DNA of 64,000 bases from Syntrophobacterales bacterium (lineage in GTDB: Bacteria; Desulfobacterota; Desulfobaccia; Desulfobaccales; 0-14-0-80-60-11): contig JAILZL010000003.1 of assembly GCA_023512475.1 (NCBI GenBank), forward strand, positions 54,845 to 118,844, read 5' to 3'. Below the pieces are notes generated by a model. The model did not search any database. It was not told where the DNA came from and saw nothing but the letters and a program-made list of their open reading frames with translations. Made by a program: the position numbers and the translations under genes. Positions 57,056 through 64,000 of this stretch are shown in pieces. The number at the start of each line of letters is the position of its first letter. Position 1 is the first letter of the stretch.

Positions 57056-58202
57056 GGGGAACACGGAGAAAGAAAAGGAAGGGGCTCAGGGCCCTGCCCC
57101 CGGCCTTTATGTGCATGTGCCCTTCTGCCGGGGCAAATGTCCGTACTGCGGCTTTCATTCCTCCACCGACCTGACCCTGGTGCCGCCCTGGCTGGCGGCC
57201 CTGGAGGAGGAGGCGGGGCGTTATCGGGAGGCGTTTCCCGCCTTTGACACGCTGTACCTGGGCGGGGGCACCCCCAGTCTGCTGTCCCTGGGGGACCTGG
57301 AGCGCCTGCTCGCTTTTGTGAGGCGCCTGTTTGCCTTTGCGCCGGGAAGCGAAATCACCCTGGAGGCCAACCCCGATGACCTTACCCCGGACAAGCTCCG
57401 GGGCTACCGGGAGCTGGGCATCACCCGCCTGTCTCTGGGGGTGCAGTCCCTGGAAGACCGGGAGCTGCGCTTCCTGGGCCGGCGTCACACCGCCGCCCAG
57501 GCGGAGTGGGCCCTCAATGCCGCGCTGACCGCCGGTTTCGCCGCCGTGGCGGTGGACCTCATCTACGGCCTGCCCGGCCAATCCCTGCTTACCTGGGAAA
57601 GCACCTTGAACCGCCTCCTGGCCTACCGGCCCCAGCATCTGTCCTGTTACCAGCTCACCGCCGAAGCCGGCACAATCCTTATGGCCCGGCTGGAGCAGGG
57701 GGAGTTCGCCCTGCCCGGCGAGGAGGACGGCCTGGCCTTCTTTCTCTTCACCTCGGAATTTCTGGGCGATCAGGGCTACTGCCATTACGAGGTCTCCAAT
57801 TTTGCCCGGGGCCAGGAGAACATCTCCCGCCACAACCGGAAGTACTGGCAGCATGTGCCCTACCTCGGCTTGGGGCCGGCGGCCCATTCCTTTGCGGAGG
57901 GGCGGCGCTGGTGGAACCAGGCCGACCTGACCGCGTACCTGAAGGCCCTGGCCCGGGGGGAGACGCCGGTGGCCGGCCGGGAGGTCCTCACGCCCGAACA
58001 GCTCCGCCTGGAGGCTTTGCTCCTGGGTTTCCGGACCCGTTTCGGGGTGGAGGTGGGTCTGCTGTTGGCCGCCCCAAACGGGCAGGAAAACCTGGCGCGG
58101 CTTAGGGAGACGGGTCTGGTGGAGCTCTCCGACGGGCTGGCCATTCCCACCCGGGAGGGCCTGGCCGTGGCCGACCGCCTGCCGGAGCTCTTTCTGGAGT
58201 AA
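57048..58202 (+). CDS. hemW: Radical SAM heme chaperone HemW
   Basis: [32 protein letters not shown]; conserved lepA-hemW order. Confidence 0.9.
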   Translation: MSEGNTEKEKEGAQGPAPGLYVHVPFCRGKCPYCGFHSSTDLTLVPPWLAALEEEAGRYREAFPAFDTLYLGGGTPSLLSLGDLERLLAFVRRLFAFAPGSEITLEANPDDLTPDKLRGYRELGITRLSLGVQSLEDRELRFLGRRHTAAQAEWALNAALTAGFAAVAVDLIYGLPGQSLLTWESTLNRLLAYRPQHLSCYQLTAEAGTILMARLEQGEFALPGEEDGLAFFLFTSEFLGDQGYCHYEVSNFARGQENISRHNRKYWQHVPYLGLGPAAHSFAEGRRWWNQADLTAYLKALARGETPVAGREVLTPEQLRLEALLLGFRTRFGVEVGLLLAAPNGQENLARLRETGLVELSDGLAIPTREGLAVADRLPELFLE

Positions 58203-58242
58203 AGGGCTTCCGGGAGTGCCGGGTGAGTGAAGAAGGCTATCC

Positions 58243-58318
58243 GGGGCAGAGGCCGGGGGGCACAGATCCCCGCCCCCATCCCCGAACCCCTTCCCCTGCC
58301 CTATAGATGGGAGGTGGC
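58243..58318. repeat. GC-rich intergenic palindromic element related to the interior of the MITE at 10600-10760
   Basis: GGCCGGGGGGCACAGATCCCCGCCCC...CCCCGAACCCC...ATGGGAGGTGGC resembles the reverse complement of 10673-10733 (GGCCAGGGGTCACGGACCCCTCCCCTCCCCAACCCC...ATGGGATTTGGC). Confidence 0.45.
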
Positions 58319-58388
58319 TGCGCTGGGGGGGACAGCCGCCCGGCCTTGATCGGCCGGCCAGGGGGGTTCCCTCCCCTGGGGTTCTCCC

Positions 58389-59369
58389 TCAAATCAGCCA
58401 GCGGGCGAATTCGCCCTTCTCCGGGGTGAGGAGGGTGAGGCGCCGGGGGCCGGCCCCTTCCGCCTGCACCGTCACCTCCGTGCCGGGGCGGGCGTCGCTG
58501 TAGGCTGCGGCCAGCCGGGCGGCCTGGCGCAGCGCCTCCTCTCCCCCGCCCCCCGGGATCAGCACCAGGGGGCCGGGCACCCCCAGCACCTTCAGCACCA
58601 GGTCACCGGGCCGGGTCAGGGCGGCCAGGGCCTCGTTTTCCTTCCGGGTGCGGCCCACCACCGCCTTGGGCCCTTCCGGCAGGCGGAAGTGTCTCCCCCA
58701 CTTGAGAAGCTCCAGATCCTCCCGGGCCACCTGCGGCTGATGGGCCAAAAGCTCCTTGAGCCGGGCGGCGTAACCCGGATCGGTGAGGAGGCAGCCGCCT
58801 GCGGGGGAGGGGTAGTCCCGGAGCCCGAACTTCTCCGCCAGCTCCATCTGGCGCTTGCGGCCCCGGCCGCTGAGATCCAGGAGGCGTTCCCGGTCCACCC
58901 AGCCTTCCCGCTCCGGAAGCGTGGGAGGCAGCAGTTTGGCGGAGAGAGGCCGCAGCACCAGATCCGGGACGCCGGAGCCTTTGGCCACCAGCTCCAGGGC
59001 CTGGCGGTTCTGGCTCATGGGCCGCTGCCCCAGGACCTCCCCGGTGAAAAGGAAGTTAAAGCTTTCCTGGTGCATCACCGCCGCGGCTTCCCTCAGCATC
59101 AGGATGTGGCAGTCGATGCAGGGGTTGTGGCCCTTGCCGAAGCCGTAGCGGGGCGAAAACAGGAGCGGATAAAACTTCTCGGTGATATCCCGCTCCCGGA
59201 GGGGCAGGCCCAGCACCGCCGCCGATTTCCGGGCCCGCTCGGCCCCGAAGAAGGGGGTGATGAAGGTGAGGAGCTCCACCTCCACCCCCTGCTCGGTGAG
59301 CACCCGGGCGGCCAGCATGCTGTCCAGACCGCCGGAGAACACCCCCAGGCCGCGGATGGTCTCCTTCAT
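58389..59369 (-). CDS. tRNA thiouridine synthase-like PP-loop ATPase (ThiI/MnmA-like)
   Basis: FSGGLDS PP-loop, NPCIDCH, TGEVLGQRPMSQ, PAGGCLLTD, GRHFRL. Confidence 0.85.
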   Translation of the reverse strand: MKETIRGLGVFSGGLDSMLAARVLTEQGVEVELLTFITPFFGAERARKSAAVLGLPLRERDITEKFYPLLFSPRYGFGKGHNPCIDCHILMLREAAAVMHQESFNFLFTGEVLGQRPMSQNRQALELVAKGSGVPDLVLRPLSAKLLPPTLPEREGWVDRERLLDLSGRGRKRQMELAEKFGLRDYPSPAGGCLLTDPGYAARLKELLAHQPQVAREDLELLKWGRHFRLPEGPKAVVGRTRKENEALAALTRPGDLVLKVLGVPGPLVLIPGGGGEEALRQAARLAAAYSDARPGTEVTVQAEGAGPRRLTLLTPEKGEFARWLI

Positions 59370-59791
59370 GTCCGGCCGCGGGCCTTCTCCCGCAGGAGGG
59401 GGATGAGCGTCGCCCGCATGTCATCCCGCACCTGCCGGAACACGGCCATGATCTCCTCGTCGCTGCCGGTGGCCTTGGCAGGATCCGGAAAGCCCACATG
59501 CAGCACTTCCGTGGGCCCGGGGAAGAAGGGGCACTGCTCCTGGGCCTGATCGCAGACAGTGATCACCAGGTCGAAGCTCTGCCCGGCCAGGTCGTCCACC
59601 GACTTGGAAAAGTGGCCGCTGATGTCGATGCCCAGCTCCGCCATGGCCCGGATGGCCCGGGGATTCACCCGGGTGGGCCGCACCCCGGCGGAGAAGGCCC
59701 GCACCTCACCGGCCAGGTCGTGATTCACCAGCCCTTCCGCCATCTGGGAGCGGCAGGCGTTTTCCGTACACAAGAAAAGCACCGTGAACAT
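59366..59791 (-). CDS. arsC: Arsenate reductase, thioredoxin-dependent LMW-PTP fold
   Basis: CTENACRSQMAEG P-loop; VCDQAQEQCP resolving cysteines; DPA. Confidence 0.88.
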   Translation of the reverse strand: MFTVLFLCTENACRSQMAEGLVNHDLAGEVRAFSAGVRPTRVNPRAIRAMAELGIDISGHFSKSVDDLAGQSFDLVITVCDQAQEQCPFFPGPTEVLHVGFPDPAKATGSDEEIMAVFRQVRDDMRATLIPLLREKARGRT

Positions 59792-59846
59792 GGTGGGTAT
59801 TCATCCTCCGTCTGCACGGGCGTCCGGGAGCCGGCGGCGCCGCGCT

Positions 59847-60653
59847 TTACGCCGCCGACGGCCGCAGGGCCGCCAGCTCCCAGCTGTGCCAGCCTTCCCG
59901 GGCCAGGCGGGCCGTAAAGGCCCTCTGGCTCGCAGGAACCAGGAAGTCGGCCCACCGGTCCGGCGGCAGCTCCAGGCGCACTCCGGTGCCCGTCACCCGC
60001 AGGCGCACCGCCGGGAAGCCCCGGAGCGTCAGCCAGGCCTCCAGCCGCCCCACCCGGGCCAGGTCCGCCGGGGTGAAGCGGGTATCATAGGGAAAGCGGG
60101 TGGCCAGGCAGCTCTGGGAGGGGCGATCGGCCGGCAGCCCGAAGGCCGCACTCAGGCGCCGGATGGCCGCCTTGCCCAGGCCGGCCGCAAGCAGCGGGCT
60201 CATCACCCCCGCCTCCCGGGCGGCCCTAAGCCCGGGGCGGAAGTCCGTGAGGTCGTCCCGGTTGGTGCCGTCCCAGATGACCTCGGCTCCCACCTCTCCG
60301 GCCAGCTCCCGGGCCAGGGCGATGACGCCCTTTTTGCAGACATAGCAGCGCTCCCGGGTGTTGCCCCGGAATTCCGGCAGGGCCAGGGGGTCAAAGAGCC
60401 GCACCCGGTGGCGCACCCCGAAGCGCCGGGCCAGGGCCACGGCCCGGGCCAGCTCCCCCGGGGCGCTGTGGGGGCCGCTCACGGTCAGGGCGGTGAGTCC
60501 CGGCCCCAAAGCCTGGGCCCCCGCGGCCAACAGCAGGCTGGAGTCCAGCCCGCCGGAAAAAAGGAGCACCGCCCGCCGCCACCCTCTCAGGATCCGGAGC
60601 AGCTCAGCCCCGGGGTCCGGCGCGGCCCCGGCCGGCGGCCCGGCTCCCCGCAT
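59847..60653 (-). CDS. larE: LarE-family ATP-dependent sulfur transferase
   Basis: FSGGLDS, RCYVCK, DGTNRDD, RPGLRA, PSQSCLATRF, VRLR. Confidence 0.85.
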   Translation of the reverse strand: MRGAGPPAGAAPDPGAELLRILRGWRRAVLLFSGGLDSSLLLAAGAQALGPGLTALTVSGPHSAPGELARAVALARRFGVRHRVRLFDPLALPEFRGNTRERCYVCKKGVIALARELAGEVGAEVIWDGTNRDDLTDFRPGLRAAREAGVMSPLLAAGLGKAAIRRLSAAFGLPADRPSQSCLATRFPYDTRFTPADLARVGRLEAWLTLRGFPAVRLRVTGTGVRLELPPDRWADFLVPASQRAFTARLAREGWHSWELAALRPSAA

Positions 60654-60654
60654 T

Positions 60655-61863
60655 TCAGCTCTCCCGGGCATAGGTGGGGGCCAGGGGGGTCTCCTCCGCC
60701 GTGGGGAGGAGCTCCACCGGCTCCCCCAGAAGGAAGCGGCCCGCCATGATCCATTCCTTGAGAGTCTGGGCCACTTCCCGGGCCCGCACCAGACTGGAGA
60801 GGGGCACGGTGGCCACCTCCTTGCCGTTTAAGGTGATGCTGCCGCTCTTGAGCTGGGCATAGCTCACATGCCCCAACACCCGGCCGGTGGCCTGAGGATA
60901 ATCGGTGCCGTAATCCACGATGGGGGCTAAAAGCTCCTCATCGCTCACGGCGCAGAAATGGGCCATCTCCTCATTGAGGAGGGGGATGGGGATCCCCAGC
61001 CCCACGGTGAGGGAGCAGCCATAGCCCAGAAGACTCACCCCCACCAGATGCCGGGGGCTCATCTGCTTCAGGTCGCCGATGACCATGAGGGTGCCGGCAG
61101 GACTTAAGGGGATGCCGTGTTCGTTGCGGGGTTTCCCCGGGTGATGCTGGGTGCCGGGGAAGCAGACATACCCCACCCCGCCGCCCAGGAAGATGCGGGT
61201 GCCGATGCCGATGGTGCGGTAGTAGGGGTCGTTGAACAGGGGACTCAAAGCCCCGGAAGTACAGTAGTTGGCATTGGCGGCCCGGGGTTTCAACGGCCCC
61301 ATGTAGGTGTAGATGATGCGGTTGCTCAGGTTCACCGCCACGTTGTAGTTCTGGTAGCAGTTGCGGGGGTTGCAGAGGATGGCGTTCACCATCTGCTTCA
61401 GGGTGATCTCCTTTTCCACCCGCTTGTTGGGGTAGCAGTCGGTGCCATAGGCCTCCGCCACCAGGTGCACCGGTTTGCCCGCCACCAGATCCTGGATGAC
61501 ATGGCCGCCGCCGTACTTGAATTCCCCGGGGTAGACCTTGTTCAAGGGGTCATCCGCCGCGGGCTCGGTGGCGCCGATATAGACATCCACCGCCGCCAGC
61601 CCGGCGTAGGCCGGCACGTTGTTGAGCCACACCCGGGCGGCCTTGATGGGGGGCCGGGTGTGGCCGAAATTGAGGAAGGCGCCGGAGGAGCACATGGGGG
61701 AGAAGGTGCCGGTGGTGACCACATCCACCGTCCGGGCGGCCTCCACCTCGCCCTTTTCCCGGACGATGCCGATGATCTCCTCTGCGGTGACCACCACCGC
61801 CTTCCCCTGCTTGATTTTCTCGTTGATTTCCTGGTATGTCTTATTCACCTGATAGTGCGCCAT
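60655..61863 (-). CDS. Homocysteine biosynthesis protein (DUF39, aspartate-semialdehyde sulfurtransferase family)
   Basis: KTYQEINEKIKQGKAVVVTAEE, VDVVTTGTFSPMCSSG, YGGGHVI, PRNCYQNY, GIGTRIFLGG. Confidence 0.9.
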   Translation of the reverse strand: MAHYQVNKTYQEINEKIKQGKAVVVTAEEIIGIVREKGEVEAARTVDVVTTGTFSPMCSSGAFLNFGHTRPPIKAARVWLNNVPAYAGLAAVDVYIGATEPAADDPLNKVYPGEFKYGGGHVIQDLVAGKPVHLVAEAYGTDCYPNKRVEKEITLKQMVNAILCNPRNCYQNYNVAVNLSNRIIYTYMGPLKPRAANANYCTSGALSPLFNDPYYRTIGIGTRIFLGGGVGYVCFPGTQHHPGKPRNEHGIPLSPAGTLMVIGDLKQMSPRHLVGVSLLGYGCSLTVGLGIPIPLLNEEMAHFCAVSDEELLAPIVDYGTDYPQATGRVLGHVSYAQLKSGSITLNGKEVATVPLSSLVRAREVAQTLKEWIMAGRFLLGEPVELLPTAEETPLAPTYARES

Positions 61864-62048
61864 GGGTTGTCCTCATCCCGCCCGGGACCCGCCGGCAGGC
61901 AGCCGGGGGGTCCCCAGGTCAGGAGGTGGGAGGTGATTTTTCATCGGGTCTCGGACCGGCGCGGCCCGGTCCGGGGGCGACGCGAGGGGCCTGAGGCGGG
62001 CACCCCGCCGGGCCCGGACGGGGCCGGAGGGAGGGCGATGGGGGCGCC

Positions 62049-62699
62049 ATGGTGACGGAATTTGCCGGCCACGCTTTGCATCTGTTTGTCACCAGTCTGG
62101 TGAGCCTCTGGGTCATCGTGGATCCGCCGGGGAACATCCTGGCCTATCTGACCCTGTCTGCGGGCTTTGACCCCGAGGCCGCCCGGGATCTGGCCCGGCG
62201 GGCCTGCCTGTTTTCCTTCCTCGTGCTCACGACTTTCATCGTGGCCGGCCGCCTGATCCTGGCCTTCTTCGGCATCACCCTGCCCGCCTTCCAGATCGCC
62301 GGCGGCCTCATCCTGTTCCGCATCGCCTTCGACATGCTGGAGGCCCGGGGGCACTTCCACCGCCTGGACACCTCCTCCAGTCTGGTGGCGGAGGACTACC
62401 GGGACATCGCCCTGGTGCCCCTGGCGGTGCCCCTGCTCTCCGGCCCCGGGGCCATCTCCACCATCCTGGTGCTCACCAGCCGCTCCCGGAACCTCATGGA
62501 GGACGGCCTCATCTTCCTGGCCCTGGGGCTGGTGATGCTCAGCACCTACGCCGCCTTCCGCTTCGCCGAGCCCCTCCTGGGGCTCCTCCGGGAGACAGGC
62601 ATCCGCCTCCTCACCCGGCTCATGGGTCTGATCCTGGCGGCCCTGGCGGTGCAGTTCATCCTGGACGGCCTGCGGGCCGCTTTCAGCCGTTTCCCTTAG
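62049..62699 (+). CDS. MarC family membrane protein
   Basis: VDPPGN, FGITLPAFQIAGG, VPLAVPLLSGPGAI, TRLMGL. Confidence 0.93.
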   Translation: MVTEFAGHALHLFVTSLVSLWVIVDPPGNILAYLTLSAGFDPEAARDLARRACLFSFLVLTTFIVAGRLILAFFGITLPAFQIAGGLILFRIAFDMLEARGHFHRLDTSSSLVAEDYRDIALVPLAVPLLSGPGAISTILVLTSRSRNLMEDGLIFLALGLVMLSTYAAFRFAEPLLGLLRETGIRLLTRLMGLILAALAVQFILDGLRAAFSRFP

Positions 62700-64000
62700 T
62701 AAAAATCCACCGGATCGATGCGCCGGTGCACTGCCCAGCGGAAAAAGAGATTGCTGGGCAGCCCCTGAAACACGTAGCGGGTGGGGGGCCACAGCAGCCG
62801 CCGGAAGATGGAGCCCAGGGAGTAGAATTTCCGGAAGCACTCCCAGACCCCTTCTTCGCACTCCTCCGGGGTCATGTGCCGGGGGACGAAGTTGCACACC
62901 ATGCCCAGGTATTTCTCCGCCTCGGGGTTGTGCACCCGCCCCTCCTTGGCCAGCTGCTCCCACATGGGGGTGCCCCTCCGGGGGGTGGCCACATTGAAGA
63001 AGGCCATGGGCGCCTTGACCCGCTCCAGAAAATCCAGGGTTTCGGCGAAGAGCTCTTTGGTGTCCCCGTCCAGCCCGAACATGAAGTTGAGGGAGTAAAA
63101 CAGGCCCCGCTCCCGGAGGCGGGCCAGCATGTCCTCATAGTCCTTCACCCGGTTCTGCACCTTGTCGATGGAGGTGATGGATTCCTGGCAGACATTTTCT
63201 ATCCCGATATTGATGTGAAAACAACCCGAATCCCGGGCCAGGTCCAGGAGCTCCTCATCCCGGCTGGTGTTGATGGTCCACAGACAGCTCCAGCGGATAT
63301 TCAAGGGGATCAGGGCCTTGAAGAGATCCTTGGCATACTCCCGGTGGCCGGTGAGGTTGTCGTCGATGAAATAAATCTTGCGCAGCCCTGTCAGGGCGAC
63401 GTTGGTCTTGATCTCCTCGATGACCTCGCCGATGGGCCGGCGGCGGTAGGTGTGGCCATAGACGATGGGCACCTCGCAGAAGGCGCAGTGATACGGACAG
63501 CCCCGGGAGGTCTGGGTGGGGAGGATCTTTACCCGGTAACGGCGAAAGTCCACCAGCTCCAGGCGGGGGCGGGGCAGGCCCGCCAGGTCATGGAAGCCCT
63601 CGGCCTGATAGCGGGGCTGCAGGCGCCGGCGGCGGGCGTCCTCCACCACCTGGGGCCACACCCCTTCGGCCTCCCCCACCACCACCGCGTCGGCATGCTC
63701 CAGGGCCTCCTCGGGGTGCAGGCTCACATGGAAGCCGCCCATGACCACCGGCACGCCCCGGCGGCGGAATTCGGCGGCGATCTCATAGGCCCGCTCGGAG
63801 GTGGCGCAGGTGGCGGTGATCCCCACCAGATCGTAGCGGCGCTCATAAGGAATGGGGGAGAGGCGGTCATCCACCAGCTCCACATCCACTCCCGGGGGGG
63901 TGAGGGCCGCCAGGTAGGGCAGGGTGATGCCCAGAAGCCAGCGTTTGCGGCTCCGGAGCGGGCGCCGGTCCGGGTATTTGGTCGTGGGTTGCACCAACAG
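62696..64000 (-). CDS. B12-binding-domain radical SAM protein (5' end outside the window)
   Basis: VVMGGFH, VVGEAE, SRGCPYHCAFC, FIDDN. Confidence 0.9.
   Translation of the reverse strand: MLVQPTTKYPDRRPLRSRKRWLLGITLPYLAALTPPGVDVELVDDRLSPIPYERRYDLVGITATCATSERAYEIAAEFRRRGVPVVMGGFHVSLHPEEALEHADAVVVGEAEGVWPQVVEDARRRRLQPRYQAEGFHDLAGLPRPRLELVDFRRYRVKILPTQTSRGCPYHCAFCEVPIVYGHTYRRRPIGEVIEEIKTNVALTGLRKIYFIDDNLTGHREYAKDLFKALIPLNIRWSCLWTINTSRDEELLDLARDSGCFHINIGIENVCQESITSIDKVQNRVKDYEDMLARLRERGLFYSLNFMFGLDGDTKELFAETLDFLERVKAPMAFFNVATPRRGTPMWEQLAKEGRVHNPEAEKYLGMVCNFVPRHMTPEECEEGVWECFRKFYSLGSIFRRLLWPPTRYVFQGLPSNLFFRWAVHRRIDPVDFY

Noticed and set aside
54521-57064. 847-aa minus-strand ORF
   Set aside because: Antisense shadow of lepA and the upstream gene.
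1-64000. CRISPR arrays, tRNA/rRNA genes, prophage or transposase genes
   Set aside because: No regularly spaced repeats, cloverleaf signatures, integrase or transposase motifs were seen by eye; an Infernal/tRNAscan run would be needed to exclude small ncRNAs.

Overview
High-GC chromosomal window, inferred from the dsrTMKJOP cluster and gene content to come from a sulfate-reducing Desulfobacterota (deltaproteobacterial) organism. It is mostly housekeeping and energy metabolism. From left to right it holds: a polysaccharide-related pair (a GT4 glycosyltransferase and a long membrane-protein/DUF4091-like ORF running off the left edge); the division and cell wall (dcw) cluster mraZ to ftsZ, interrupted between ftsW and murG by an orphan gene and a MITE-like element; aconitase, an aldehyde dehydrogenase and a nitrilase; a sigma-70 paralogue with a DksA-like factor; three universal stress proteins; holB and a PSP1/RicT-family gene; guaA; pckA; dsrTMKJOP; lepA and hemW; a putative sulfur-transfer operon (DUF39 homocysteine synthesis protein, LarE-like, ArsC, tRNA thiolase); and a truncated B12-binding radical SAM gene. 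The best hidden signal is an ArsM-like methyltransferase whose apparent TGA stop sits at the conserved Cys position. A SECIS-like hairpin and 48 further in-frame codons follow it, so it is a probable selenoprotein that the ORF track truncates. No rRNA, tRNA, CRISPR array or transposase was recognised. All product calls come from motif recognition by eye, not database searches.
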